Origin: the human T2T-CHM13v2.0 reference genome, Homo sapiens
Reading direction: 5' to 3' (one strand)
Assembly: GCF_009914755.1 (NCBI RefSeq)
Contig: NC_060927.1
DNA: 64,000 nucleotides
How positions within the stretch are numbered: position 1 is the first letter of the stretch; every line of letters begins with the position of its first letter. Below, in pieces: positions 13,470-28,412 of the stretch. The position numbers and the translations under genes are program-made. The notes below the pieces were generated by a model. The model did no database searches, was not told where the DNA came from, and saw only the letters and a program-made list of their open reading frames with translations.

Positions 13470-16400
13470 AAAAAGTAGGATGTCATTCTTCAAATTCTAT
13501 ATAGTAAATGATAATTTTTAAAATTTTTATTACTCATCACTTTCACATTGAATTTTTGATGTATGTGAGATATTAGAAACAATATTCATTATAATCAGTA
13601 ATTTGCTAATTTTTTAAAGATAATATTTTATTTGTGGAAAATTCACACTCACCTCCTTCATCCCCAAAAGGGAAATATTAGTAAGAAGTGGGGAAACTGA
13701 GGGAAGGAAGCAAGATCAAGTGGTGAAACTTTCCGTAGCAAAAATATATTGGCAATGAAAAATATTAAACTCATTTCATAGAAAATTATGGACTATTGTT
13801 AATAAAATTTATATTATTTTAATATTTTTATTCTTATGCCTACGTTTTAAAAATATAAAAGAGAACAGTTTCTTAATTGTACAACAAGTGCCTGGATTTT
13901 CAGTTTGTGTACTCTAAGAAGTTGTTTATTTCATTAAATAATTATGTTATTACCTTAGTGAAAACAGAACTGTGAAAAATTTAATCCAAATTTCAGGCTG
14001 TAGAAGGTACAACTTCGGGATTATTAGAATTGTACACAATGTAGTCTGGAGTCATTTTCCCTTCCTGTGTTGTAAATGCCAACTGAAGGCTTTCACAGAA
14101 TATGGGATTCTGTAAAATTACAAGGCAGATTATAAATAACAAGGGCTGGTTTCTCTATCTAATGAAGGCAGATGTTTTTGATTCCCAATCTACCTTTGTG
14201 TATGCATTTCCATAATAGCATGACATATAATCTTCTTGTCTCTTTGATATAAATGCTACATGAGAGTTATACCACATGGCTACATATGGTGATGGTTTTA
14301 TAGTTAGATATAAAAAATGAATTTCATATGTCTATGAGGAGACCAATATATTGTAGGTTGTTAAAAAGAATGAGGGCTTACAAAAATTGTTATGGTTCAA
14401 ATACCATATCATTTTCTTGTTCTACGGATCCAGGCCAGTAGTGAGTGGTATCAAATTGTGAACGCTATCAAATACCAAAATATATTTTCTCAAGAAAAAT
14501 AAAAACTGTAATGTGACAAACACCTAGGGAAATACTGTGTTTTGAAGAAGGAAACAAAATATTCACAAACTTTTATTTGTAGGGGATGGAGAGGAAATAT
14601 TTTGTCTCTGTAAGTCTCTTGAAAATGGGTATTAGAATTTTGTAGTTAATTAATTTTGATGACTATCTGTTAACAGTCTTCTCTCATAAAACTACAATAC
14701 TAAACATAGAAATACTAGGGTGTAAAAACTGAAATTCTATTACTGAAAAACTGTCTTCAAATAGTAACACAGTTTCCAGATGTATTGCTTAGGTTCTGTT
14801 TGCATTTCTATTTTAAAACTCCATTTACTATGGTTTCAGTAAAAATTCGGTCCAGGCTGAAACTTGGAATACCAAATAGGAGCTCTGGAGCAATGGTTGT
14901 CTTTACCAATTTTCCAGAAGATTGATTTAGATTGTTTTATGTTGTATGACTGTAAAAGAACAAAACAGAAAAGGATTTGCTTGTTTGATATTTTATTCTG
15001 TCTGTAATACAAATCTTATTTTTTTTTCCTGGCAATTTGTACTATTACAAATGACACATACTGATTTTAATATATCCAATAAGATTGTATGGAGCTACCA
15101 ACAAATAAAATAACATTTTGATAATAAGAATAAGAGTCTTCATCTTGCCTCTTTTGCAATATCTAATGGCATATTTTCATCACACAGCTCAAGATACAAA
15201 GTATAACATCTGACAAGTGTTAAGTCTTAGACTTCTGATCCTTTTTGTAAGCTTTCTTATAGTTTATTTGACTTAGTTTTCCTATCTGATTTATTAGGGT
15301 ACAGATCTAAGTAGTAGAAAAATTATTCTAGTATGTAAAAAACAAAGTTGTCCTCACTGAAGCTTCAAATCCTTGTCCTGATTCTGATCCTTGGGGGAAG
15401 TAGAGATTTCAACTGAAAAAAACATGGCTAGCAGATTGCATGAGTCAGTCCTGTTAGTGACCAGCTTTGGAGAAAGCAATAGGAGTAAAGCAGAGTAAGC
15501 AATTAGCACAGGACTAAGTGGACAATGTGCAGAGAGCAAGCCTGTTGCAGAAGTCTGAAAGTAGCAGTGTTTGTGTGGGTAACCTTAAAGAACAAAGTTA
15601 GAAACAGAGGAAGTAGTCTACTCTCAGGCAACAGACAGCAAAATAAAATTCAATACTGGATCAAAGGCCTTATGGGTAGAGTTCTTAAGTACATCTTCCC
15701 ATAGGTAGAACTTGGCTTATTGTACTGACACATCTCAACTTCCTATAGGAATTAAGTGGGATACTTGGGTGGAAAGCACATGCACTGAGGCTAAGGAAAA
15801 TGAAGGCTGACACCCCGTGGTTGTTGAAATCCTGTCACATCAGTGACATGGATTTAAGTTAGGAAATGAAACTTACTGGTTGGAGATTAAATACATTTTA
15901 AAAACTTTTAAATGTGTGCAGTGTTTGTCTTGGCTAAAGTCTTATGAGTGTAAATGTTATACATTGAGAATTACATAGCCAAGGGATACTTGAAGTGATT
16001 TCTATCATCCTGATGTAGGTTTTCCTTTAGTACTTGTCTATAAAATATAATGAATTATAATGATAAAAATCACACAGTATAAAATATTCACTTAATATGT
16101 GGAATTTTCTCAAACGTTGTTAATACAGTTATAGAATATTATATGCTGAAGATTGATAATCCGCATATTCAATTTAATCTAATAAATTACTAATGGGTAT
16201 TGATATGTACCATGACATGTGTGAGGCCTTGAAAAAAGTCCAAAAAGGTATATCATAATCCCAGTTTGGGAAAGTTTCATGTCCAATGGGTGAACTAGAA
16301 AAAAATGTAAGAAATGTTGCATTTTAATGTTCTCTTAAAAGTGACTCACAATGGAATATGATTTTTTGTCATGATTTAAGCATTCTAAAATGTGACATGA

Positions 16401-17599
16401 ATTATTACTCACTAGAAACCAATCTAAAGATACCTTTTAAAGTTTCCAGCAAGGAGTATGTGATCACCTTTATAAATATAACACTTAAGGAAAGAAAACT
16501 ATGAATGTAAGTATTCACAAATTGCTAGCAGGTTCTTGAATAAATCATGCTACATAAATTCAACAGTGCTATTCTTATTAAGTTAATTTGGTCTAAAACT
16601 AACTAATATACAACTTACTTAATATGCTGGTACCTTTTGTTAGAAATGGGCATAAAATGTGTCTGAAATCCTCCAATTAGTTGTCTTAGGCATTTTTATT
16701 TTATTCAGCATGAATCCAAAATACACGTTTGTATGATTGTTGAACCATTTAAAACCAACGGTGTATTGGAAAAATCATTTTATCCAGAGTTAAGTACTAT
16801 TTAATAGAGTTTTACTCATTGGTCATATAGTAGAGTGTTATATGCAGCTAAGATGGAATCTTCCAGAATTTAGAGTTTTGAACTGTTAAATTACCCCACC
16901 GGTGGGTAGCAGGCAACTAATGGCTGTTAGGGCATGACCTCAAAGTGGCCTACTTAACCCATTCGCTTATTTTTAATAGCTCTGTGATATGTGAATAACA
17001 CCCTTTTCTTCTTTTATTACACATGCTCATTTCTTTTATTCTTTATTCATTCCTAGTTTAATGTTTTAAAATATTTTTAAATAAAATGTTTGAGTTTTTA
17101 GTTTATTATTGAAAAGGACATTCAGGTAATGATTTATATTCTGTGTCCTCAAAGGGGAACATTTTTTAAAAGATTGAATTCATTTCCACTGACAATATTA
17201 CAATTCTTTATTTAGGTTCACTGTATATTTGGGACCTGCTACATAGAAAAGTTAAATGATATGAATGGTCTCTGATTAACTACGGCCTTTTGTGTTTTGG
17301 GAAACCGTAAGGTAAAATGAAAATATTTTCAAAGTTCACTCATTCAGTAGTTCAGATCATTTTCCAGTGAACTGTCACTTACTTAAAAAATTTGTGTAGC
17401 ATGATGTTTCTAGCTCTTTTATACTCAACAGTGTCTAAATGGAACATTTTTTTTCTTCTGTTTTTTTTTTTTTTTTTTTTGGTTTTTTTGTGGCTTCTTT
17501 CCCATGGGGGATCCTGTGGAGAGATATTGAAGAGGACTTCCTAGTTCAGCTCTTTTTCACTCTGTTCTTATCACATATAGACAGAGTTTAGCTCTCAGT

Positions 17600-17700
17600 T
17601 TCAATTCAATAGCTACTCACTGAATGCCTACTGTGTAGATAGCTATAGCTCAGGGTGCTGAAATAGTGAAACAAGGTTCCTGCTCACAGGAAACCCACTG
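17600..17700 (-). mobile_element. L2 3' end
   Basis: tcaattcaatagctactcactgaatgcctactgtgt...ggttcctgctcacagg. Confidence 0.55.
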
Positions 17701-20520
17701 AGTTATAGTATATTCCTCTTTGGACTGTTAAATGTTTTTTCCTTATTCTTCATACTTGAAATGCTGTTTTAAAGTGAACTGTAGATGACATCATAAGTGT
17801 TTGTGAACTTGAAAAGATTAACAGTGTGGATGTAGGATTTACTTAAAATATTCAGTTCATGGAAAATCTTGTTAGGCAGCTCTATTGCTTAGCCAATAAA
17901 CTATTAAGAAAATGTACACAATAAATAATCCATGTAGTAATTTTGGCAGTTTCTTGGTCCTTAAGAATGTGTTGTCCATTTTTAAATATATATTCATATA
18001 TTTCAGTTCTAAAATTCTAAACCACATTCTTTATACTTTCACTGTGATGTAGCATAGGAGTTTTACCTCATAGAGGACTGAGACATATTTAAGTAACTTG
18101 CTCAAGTTAATATGATTAAACTATAATGAAGCTTACATAAAACTTCATGTGTTCTGCTTTTCAGAGCCTAGTTTTTAATTAGTCAAGGCTGGTAATAATC
18201 ATAGAAACAACTGAAAGTATTATATGATTTGATAAGTTGAATTGATTGAAATATTTCAGACATGAAAATATCTAATTTTTCCTCAGGATTCCAAACCCCA
18301 AATAATTTTAAAATGTCATTGTAGATGTATTTTAAGTCACATTACATTCTCCATGATATCATTCAGTTCTCATCATAATCCAAAGATGGAAGGAATCAGA
18401 AATTATTATCACCAGAAACTGACTTCATACAAGTGTCTGGAGCCAAGTCTTTTGATTTCAAATCAGTACCTTTAGCCTTGTTCCATGAAAATGGTTTAAA
18501 TATGAAAGTCTTATATTCGTATGTAGTGAGCAATTCAGTTTAACTTTGGTGATGTTATATAGGTTCCAAAATACAGTCTGGCTAAAATAGAGTTAAATTC
18601 CTTTTGTCTGGATTCACTGAGAATTGTAAGCTCTGTCTGTGTCAGTGGAACCTGTGTTAGGGGAAATGAAATTGAGCACAGGAGGTGGGTAACGTATTCT
18701 ATCCATACAGTATCACAGCAGGAATTTGAGATTTTTCCTTTTGGTGACCTCTTAAAAAATGTGTGAACAAACTACATGAGTATGTATAATATACATATAT
18801 ATTTAGTATATATGTACACATAGTAACAAAATTTTAAAATTATATATAAATACATATATTTATATAAGATAAATATTTATGTGAATAAATCATTGTTTTG
18901 AAAAGGGGTTGATATAGCATGAGTTCCTATTGTGAGAATAACAAATTTGTGCCCTACTACTTTCCTCTGGCAGCTAAACAAGGCATCTATATCATGGCAT
19001 GTAGGAGATAGAGTATGAAATAGACATTTTTTTTAAAGTGTGCTGTATCCAAATTCAGTCACAAGCACAGACCTGCTTTATTTTTCACATTCAATATAAA
19101 TCAATTCTAAAAATATTTGCAAGTGTATATCTTCCTAAGCAATTAGAGTTCACAAAGAATGACAGCAAAGGGGATACAATCATTTAGGTTTTTATTATTT
19201 GAGTGTGTGGGAGGGTGATTTTTTAAAGATACTTAGAATCACAATGATTTAGAATTTTCCTAAAGGCTATATATTTTATAATTATCTGCTCCTCTCACAA
19301 AGCACATAGGGAAGGTGCAGGTAATTTTCAAATATATGACATTTGGGATCACCCTCTTGTGTAGTAAATGTGTACACTGAATTTTAAGCTTTGATATCCT
19401 AACTGTTCTCCCTACTCCATCAAATGTGCATTAAAATTTTTTAATCAATTTTTTTGTAGATTTATATGCAGTTGTAAGAAATAATAGAGAGCTCTTGTGT
19501 ACCTTTCACCCAAGGAACAGCTGTAAAGCTATGAAACAACATCACAACGAGGAAATTGACACCGATACAGTTTAATAGTCTTACTTGGCTTTCATCAGTT
19601 TTACATGTATTTATTTTTGTGTGCATATGTGTAAGTGTGTGTGTGTTTATATGTTTAGTTCTAGACAATGTTGTTACATGTGTGGGTTCATGTATCCATC
19701 ACTACAATCAAGAGACAAAACAGTTCCAGAACCACAGGGATTCCTTCTTCCTCTTAGAGCCACACCCATGTCCCTCTACTCTCCATCGCCCCTGCCATCC
19801 CTAGTCCTTGGCAACCAAACGCTGTTCTCTACCTCTATAATTTTGTTATCTCAAAACATCATATAAATGGATTCCGTCTTTATTTATAGAGTTTTTGAGT
19901 GTATTCTTTGTGTGCGTTTCTTAGTGGTTGCTCTGGGTATCGCAATTAACAGATATAATTGACACAGTCTACTAGTAGCAACATTTTACTATTTCAAGTA
20001 TGGAAACCTTACTTCCACTAGGTATCTTTGCCCTATCCACTTTTTTTCTTGTCTTAAGTATTCCTTCTATATATGGTGGACATTATCAAAGTTATACTTT
20101 TTGTTTTAATAATCTTATATTTGAAAAAACTCAGGAGAAGGGTAGTCCATTGTATTTTCTCTTATTTTGTTATTTTTTCATTCTTTCTTCTTGATGCGTC
20201 AAGATTTCCTCTTATTACTAATTCTTTTATGTTTGAAAAATATTTTTTCTTTAAGACAGTCCTGCTAGAGGCAAATTATCTGTTTCTCTTTCTTCTAAGA
20301 ACATATTTATTTCCTCTTGATTCCTAAAGGATAGTTTTACTGGTTAAGAAATCATAGTTGATAGTTCTTTTTCAGAAGTTGAAAAATGCACCACTTCCTC
20401 TGGCCTCCATGACTTGAAATGGGAAATGCATTGTCATTTGAATTTGTATTCTCTTACAGGTAATAAGCTATTCTCTTGGGATCCTTTCAAGAAGTTTGTT
20501 TATATAGTTTTCATCTAGTT

Positions 20521-20600
20521 TTCACAGTAGAGTTCACTCTCCTATGAGAAATGCCCCCACTCATCTGACAGGAGGTGGAGCTCAGGCAGTGATGCTAGCT
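20521..20600. mobile_element. Isolated 80-bp MER1B internal fragment
   Basis: Ungapped 68/80 match to 21700-21779, same orientation, no terminal inverted repeats. Confidence 0.88.
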
Positions 20601-21522
20601 TTTCGAAGTTTCCTCTTGATGTATCTCGATATAGAGTTCTTTGGGGTTTTCCTAGTTTGGGGGTTTCACTCAGCTTCTTGATTGATTCTCTATCTTCCTG
20701 ACTTTTGCCAAATTTGGAATGTTTTCAACCATTATTTCTTTGAATACCCTTTTAGTCCCACTCTCTTTCTTCTTTCCTTCTGGGACTCTAATGATATCAC
20801 TGATGGATATTTTGTTATTGTCTCACAGGTCCCTGGGCCTCTGTTCTTTGCTATCTTTTCTTTTTATCCTTCTGTTTTCTCTCAGCTATTCAGATTGGGT
20901 GAATTCTATTTCTCTGTCTTTAAATTAACTGATTCTATCCTCTGTCATTTTCATTGTACTATAGAGAAAATCCAATTAGTTTTTATATTGGCTTTTGTAT
21001 TTTTATTTCTGTAACGTCCATTTTTAATAACATTTTTCATGCTAAGGTTTTCTGTTTTTTTTATTTGTGTCAAGATCATTAGTAATTGCTTATTAAAGTA
21101 TTTTTATAATGGTTGCTTAAAAATTTTTGTCAAAAATTTCAATATTTGATTCATCTCAGTATAGGCATCTTTTATTTTTTCTCATTCGGTTATGATTTTC
21201 CTGGTGTTTAGTATGACTAGTAAGTTTTTTTTATTATACGCTGAACATTTTGATTATGTTAAGAGACTCTGGATGCTAATTAGATTTATTCTAAGAAGCA
21301 GTTGCCCTGTTAAGGTATAACATGCTAGTCCTAGCTTTCAATTATGGGCTGTGGTTCTAATGAGAATTTAATTTTTAGGGACTTTGTGCTGCTATTTGGA
21401 CAGGTTGATTTGTCTAATTCTACTGGGGGCCACACTGATCTCTTCTGGTCCACCGAAGGGAGAAGAGGAGATTCCTCAGGCTAAGCTGTAGTGGTCTAGG
21501 TGAGCTAAAAAATGCTCTAGCT

Positions 21523-21868
21523 CAGCGGTCCCCAACCTTTTTGGCACCAGGAACCAGTTTTGTGGAAGACAATTTTTCCATGGATGGTGGGCAGTATGTG
21601 TGGGGGATGGTTTTGGGATGAAATTGTTTGATCTCAAATCATCCGGCATTAGTTAGATTCTCATAAGGGGCACGCAACCTAGATGCCTCATATCCAGAGT
21701 TCACAATAGGGTTCACTCTCCTATAAGAAGTGCCCCTGCTGATCTGACAGGAGGCAGAGCTCAGGCAGTAATGTTGGCTGGCTCATGGCTCACCTCCTGC
21801 TGTGTGACCCAGTTCCTAACAGACTGCAAACTGGTACTGGCCCATGGCCTAGGGATTGGGGACCCCTG
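21523..21868. mobile_element. MER1B (hAT-Charlie non-autonomous DNA transposon)
   Basis: Terminal inverted repeats cagcggtccccaa / ttggggacccctg; perfect 8-bp TSD ctctagct at 21515-21522 and 21869-21876; 346 bp. Confidence 0.92.
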
Positions 21869-23067
21869 CTCTAGCTGACGAAAAGAGGATTACTTCCAGG
21901 GCTCTGTACTTTTGGTAGAGACATCCCCCCGCCCCCACCCCGCATATACCCTCCCGCCTCACCCTCCACACACACTGCTAGAGCTGCTTATCTGCTCAGA
22001 ACCTCTAGATGGAGAGGGGAAGTCTTAGGCATCCTAGAAAAAGAGGTCACTTTCTCTGGCTGTTTGCTGTTAGTAAGGCTCCTACTTCATTCTCCTTGCA
22101 GGTAACCCAGTCTCTCCTGATATTGTTGGATGGATTCTCATTTGATCAGCAATAAAAATGAGTCTACCTAGACTACCTTCTGTTTCTAGTTTGTGGTTGG
22201 GAGAAGCTGGGTCTGGATCGTCTTTTACTGTTTGGGAAGCTACTGGGATTTTCCTCGGGTGCTGGTGTCTTTAACCAGTCCTCCTCACTCTTTCTACCTT
22301 TTAGAGTACTCTTTTAGTTGCTGCTTGCTTAATTCCCGATTCTACAGCTCTACTTAGTAGAGCACACAATGATAAACTTTTTAATGCTTTTGTTTTTCTC
22401 CCAAAATGAGTCAAGTGAAGCATAATTCAGCAAGATGCTAAAGTATCTTCTGTGAAACTGAGTGTCTTGTGATAGAAAAGGTGATTCAAACCAAAGACTG
22501 TATTAACATACAATACAGCAGTGGCACCAACCAATCAGAGCAAAATTAAAAGCCAGATAGTTTACAGGTGCCTTTCTGCTCAATATCAGCTCAAGTTGAA
22601 ATAGTTCAAGTGCCTCTACTGCAGAGAGCTTGTAATAGGCCAATATTTTTGTTGTTGCCTTGGAAGTCCTGCAGCAGTCACAGTTTACCAAATTTATCTG
22701 TCCATAGAAGTGAACCCATTTTGTTTATAGCTTTTCTTGGCACTGGTATTCTATGAAACATTTGCAGAGGAAAGCTATGTTTATCAACATCAGTATCTAC
22801 CTCATCTGAAGTATTGCATTAGATGTAATCATTTAATAAAAAAGTTATTTCTGAAAACATTAAGGAGCACCTAATTCTACTTTGATTTTTAAAAATCTGA
22901 TAAAATATTTCAATATATTTAAACTTTCTTTTAAACTGTTCCAAGAAATAAGATTTGAATGTATGGCCAAAGAAAACATTTATTGTATTGTGTTGAAAAT
23001 ATATAGTCTAAAAATACTGACTGTTTCTGATGTCCTTATTTACATTTTCAATATTTTCTCTTTCCAG

Positions 23068-23220
23068 CTTTAAGGGACAATAGGATCGAGCTGGTTCGCG
23101 CTTCCTGGCATGAATTGAGTATTAGTGTCAGTGATGTGTCTCTCTCTGATGAAGGACAGTACACCTGTTCTTTATTTACAATGCCTGTCAAAACTTCCAA
23201 GGCATATCTCACCGTTCTGG
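23068..23220 (+). CDS. CADM2: CADM2 internal coding exon, C-terminal half of Ig1 (V-set)
   Basis: Acceptor ttttctctttccag|CTT, donor CTGG|gtaagt; 153 nt, phase 1-1; translates (A)LRDNRIELVRASWHELSISVSDVSLSDEGQYTCSLFTMPVKTSKAYLTVL(G), with the Ig D-x-G-x-Y-x-C motif; recognised CADM2 sequence. Not in the ORF track. Confidence 0.96.
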
Positions 23221-24503
23221 GTAAGTGCAAGGGACTAACACCATGTAATCACAAAACCAGAATGATATATATTGCTACAGCAACATAATTCAATACAAAA
23301 ATATATTTTGAAGATTATATGAATAGATATGGTTTAATCCTTTCTCTGCTACATTTTAACACAGGCGTTTTAAAATCATTTAGTCACTTTCAGCATTTTA
23401 TAAAGGGACAAAGATAGATTCAAAGATGTATATGACTTCTAGAAGGCACATAGCTATTTTGTTTCTTAGCCAGCAATAGACACCGGTTCTCTTGATTTCA
23501 GCTAATTTCTTTTTTATCAAATAATCTATATGTTGTATATATTCTGATCCTTTTACGACATGACACAATAATGAGCATAATGAGTTCAACTTGTGTTCTA
23601 TACTATGCTCCTTTATTTGATCATGTAAGTCACCTGATAAGGGCCTTTCTTGCTAACTTGTGGCTCTCAAATATGACCTGCTTGTGTATTTAGTGCATTT
23701 AAATGACCCTGATATTTCCATGTGTCTTCTCTCCTTTTGAAATTATATTTTCTAGATTCCTAAATGAAGTACCTAATGTCGCTTCAGCTTGCAGCTTGTA
23801 GTTTCTTTGTGCTTTTGTTCTCTAAATATTGGGCCATTTTCCCAAAGGTGAAAGTGACACAAAAAAAGCAATACATTCATAGAGATTCCGAGGAAATAAA
23901 GTTGCAGCTCTGAGCTCTCTGTGATTCCACAGACGTCAGTGCCCCAATCAGCTGAAATTGCTGCATTTCATTGAAACACACCTGCGTGCTGAACAAGTTA
24001 GAAGAATTTAAAGATTGATTTTTTTCCCCCAAGCTTGCTGCCCTCTTTAGATAGAAAAAGGCACAATGCTGCATTTAAAAGGACTAACACATGCTGTTCT
24101 TTTTGGTGGGAATATTAAAGTTAATCCAGCTAGTGAATTGGTTTTGTGCATAGGATATAAAACATTTCTCTGCAAGTGACACTGGGACTATTTTATAAAA
24201 ATCTTCACAAGTTTGCCATTAAAGACAAAATATGCCCTCTAAAATGGAGTATTTCAGGATAACAACTGCATAAGGTTAATGTATTGTTCTGTAGAGAGCC
24301 AATTTGAAATCCAAAGAATAGATGACTGATGAATTCACTTTATTAAATGGTGATGAGGCATAGATTTTTTAAAAAGAAAGCAGGTAGTATGTAGGTGAAG
24401 ACAAAAAATGTTAAGAGGAGTTATGTTAATTTTTCATGTATCTTTGTTGTTCCTGTTGTTTAATTTGTACTTCTCATATTGGTGCCTTCCAATATTCTTC
24501 TTC

Positions 24504-24794
<291 letters not shown>

Positions 24795-25030
24795 ATAAAA
24801 TACAGAGATGATAATATTCTTTTTAAGCTTTAAGAACTATGAAATCAGGAAAGAAAGAAGCTAAAGTTAAATTATAATTTGTTAATGGATAAAGAAATAT
24901 GTTTTGTGAGTTTTTTTTCTTTAATGCAATCTACCTTTTAAAATTTCTACACTAGTAAATTGTAAATTATATTAAATGATTGTTTTTAAGATTTACAAGA
25001 GTATTTTCACAGGTAAAATTTTACAAATGA

Positions 25031-25651
<621 letters not shown>

Positions 25652-25969
25652 TTACAATTTAATTTAAAAAACTACTTTGAGCTATATGCATCTTACATAC
25701 TTTTTTGATACTATATATATTTATATATCTGTACACATATATATGTGTATGGATGTGTGTATATGTTTATGTGTATGCATATAGACATATACACCTAAGT
25801 ATGTATAACACACACATATGAAGCAGTTTATTACATAGTAGTTTGTTCATCTTGATCGAACTTCTTGTCAATTAACCATCCAGTTCAGTTTCATGTGTGA
25901 AAGTAATAGACATAATAACAAATCAACCCTGAAGATTGATGCTCACTTCATCATTCGCTTAAATTTCAG

Positions 25970-26107
25970 GTGTTCCTGAAAAGCCTCAGATTAGTGGATT
26001 CTCATCACCAGTTATGGAGGGTGACTTGATGCAGCTGACTTGCAAAACATCTGGTAGTAAACCTGCAGCTGATATAAGATGGTTCAAAAATGACAAAGAG
26101 ATTAAAG
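25970..26107 (+). CDS. CADM2: CADM2 internal coding exon, N-terminal half of Ig2
   Basis: Acceptor aaatttcag|GT, donor AAAG|gtaaag; 138 nt, phase 1-1; (G)VPEKPQISGFSSPVMEGDLMQLTCKTSGSKPAADIRWFKNDKEIK(D), with Ig B-strand Cys and C-strand Trp; in frame with the previous exon. Confidence 0.96.
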
Positions 26108-26289
26108 GTAAAGAATAGAAAAATGAAAATCAAAATTAATGTGCTGAAACCAGTATGACATGTTAAGAAAAAGGCATTTTACATTATTTTTCAAAACATA
26201 GTGTCTCTTACAGATTATGCATCATTTGAACCAGATTTACCCATTCTTAAGTAAGGTAATTTTACAAGATATATTAATATATAAGTATG

Positions 26290-26435
26290 ATCCCTGTGGG
26301 CCTCATTTTCTTCTTCCGTAAAATAGGTTTAAAATAATATATGCCTTATAGAAAAGTTGAGGGAATAATTAAGTTAATATATGAAGAAACATATAGATTC
26401 ACACTTCACAATAGTACATATTAGATACTATTATT
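26290..26435 (+). mobile_element. MIR fragment
   Basis: ctgtgggcctcattttcttcttccgtaaaatagg core. Confidence 0.6.
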
Positions 26436-26849
26436 TCAGACCTCATATATAATATTTAGGTTAAAGACAGAGAAACTGTATAAATTATTTCTTCAACTTA
26501 GTTTCGGGAATTATAGAGTTCTGAGAATAAAACTGGTTAAACATCAATAAATTTGATTCCTGTTAATTCTCACAAAAGGCAAAAATGTGTACTTGTCTAA
26601 GTAAAAGTGCATACTTTAAATTCTTTATACATCTAAATTTAAACTCCCTCTCTCTCTGTCACACACACACACTCAAACATACATTCTTTAGGAGGGGAAT
26701 AAGTTTATAAGGGAGATGGCTTGGTATTTAAGTATAAGAATTGTTTATGATGATTATTAAAACATATTTCTTATGCCACTGTAATATGTATTATTTTCAA
26801 CATTATCTTCTATGAAACAGGTTTATGCAAACCATTCTGCTTATTTTAA

Positions 26850-27160
26850 AATGTTATTTATCTATTTATTTTTAAGAGTTTTTAAGAGATAGGGTCTTGC
26901 TCTGTCACGCAGGCTGGAATGCAGTGATACGATCATAGCTCACTGTACCTCGCACTCCTAGGCTCCAGTGATTTTCCGCCTCAGCCTCCTGAGTAGTTGG
27001 GAATACAGGCATGCACGACCATGCTTGGCTAACTTGTTTTATTTTTTGTAGAGATCGTGCTGTGTTGCCTAGGCTGGTCTCGAACTTCTGGGCTAAAGTG
27101 ACCCTCCTGCCTCAGCCTCCTAAAGTGCTAGGATTGCAGGTGTGAGCCACCATGCTCAGA
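26850..27160 (-). mobile_element. AluJ
   Basis: Diverged antisense Alu (gatcatagctcactg); TSD cattctg(c/a)ttattttaa at 26833-26849 and 27161-27177. Confidence 0.9.
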
Positions 27161-28367
27161 CATTCTGATTATTTTAACCTATAATTGTGATACCTTATAT
27201 CACACTAATTAATTCTTTGTAATGGGCATGCAGGCTTAGCAGATAAGATTGCCTATATTACTGAAAAATTATGATTATAATCCATGCAATTATTTTTATC
27301 AGTTTCCTGTTTTAATTACTCTTTCTCTGCATATTTTTCCCAAAAAAGGTCCTTATCCATAATTTTACCCTGATCACTACGCTTGCCTTAGTATTTCTAA
27401 TAAATATACATTATTGGATTACATTTTGAGAAATACAAGTCCCAAGACACAAGTTAGACATCTTATTATGCTAAATTAAATTTCAGGTTACTGTGTAACC
27501 TGATTCTTGAATTCTGTCAAGGCTCAGTAACATCCATTCTAATTCTGCCTCTAGGATATGTTAGTCTAGGCATTTCTGGACTTGGTTAGATCTCTCTTTA
27601 ATGGATGTTCCATAGTGCTTCCAGAGTTATCTTACTACAACAAGAATCTGATCCAGGCACTTTTCTGGCTTAAGCATTTCTAATGGAAAGCCCTAAACTT
27701 TAGAATAAGTTTAAAATCTGCTTTCTGTAGCCTGTAAGAATTCTCCAGGCAGTGAACTCTTACACGTCACATATTTCCTTTTGTGTGAAGGTCTTGGCTT
27801 ACACTAAAATGCACTTCTTAGATACAATCCTTCAATGAATTACTTTATTACCTACATGTTTTTTCTTCCTAAATTCTGACACAATTAGTTAATTAATTAG
27901 TTGTTTACTCAGTTCTCACTTTCTTAGTATTTTATTTATGTTCCAAGGATTTGCCTCTTTTGTATCCTCAAGGAGGTCATACACTTTCACATATTAAGTA
28001 CCTCATTAATATTGATTGATTGTTTTTCACATTGTAGCTGCATGACAAACCCATGATATACTCAGACATTTATAAAGGAAGTGAATTTTTGACAAAATTG
28101 GCCTCTGTTTTAAATGCCAAACAGATTTAATCATACATTGGGCAGGAGGGGAAAGATTTTTGCTCATATGAAGAAATATGAAAAGTTTAATCTTATAAAC
28201 AACATAGTTTAAAATCATCTGAATCAAGATCAGAACAACAATGAAGACAGAAACAGGTACAGAATCAGAATATGGTTCTATGCAGTACTGAAAACTTGTG
28301 AAGATCCCATTTTTTCTATGCTCTTCAATGCACTGCCATTTACAGAGCATTTATCTCTACACTTGCA

Positions 28368-28412
28368 TCTATCTATCTGTCTATCTATGTATCTATGTAT
28401 CTATCTATCTAA
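28368..28412. repeat. Imperfect (TCTA)n tetranucleotide repeat
   Basis: tctatctatctgtctatctatgtatctatgtatctatctatcta. Confidence 0.85.

Larger units (their letters stand above)
19435..22370 (-). mobile_element. Old L1 (L1MC/MD-like) 3' end joined to internal and 5' segments
   Basis: cagttgtaagaaataatagagag 3'-end motif, followed by T-rich antisense L1M sequence; interrupted by MER1B. Confidence 0.7.
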
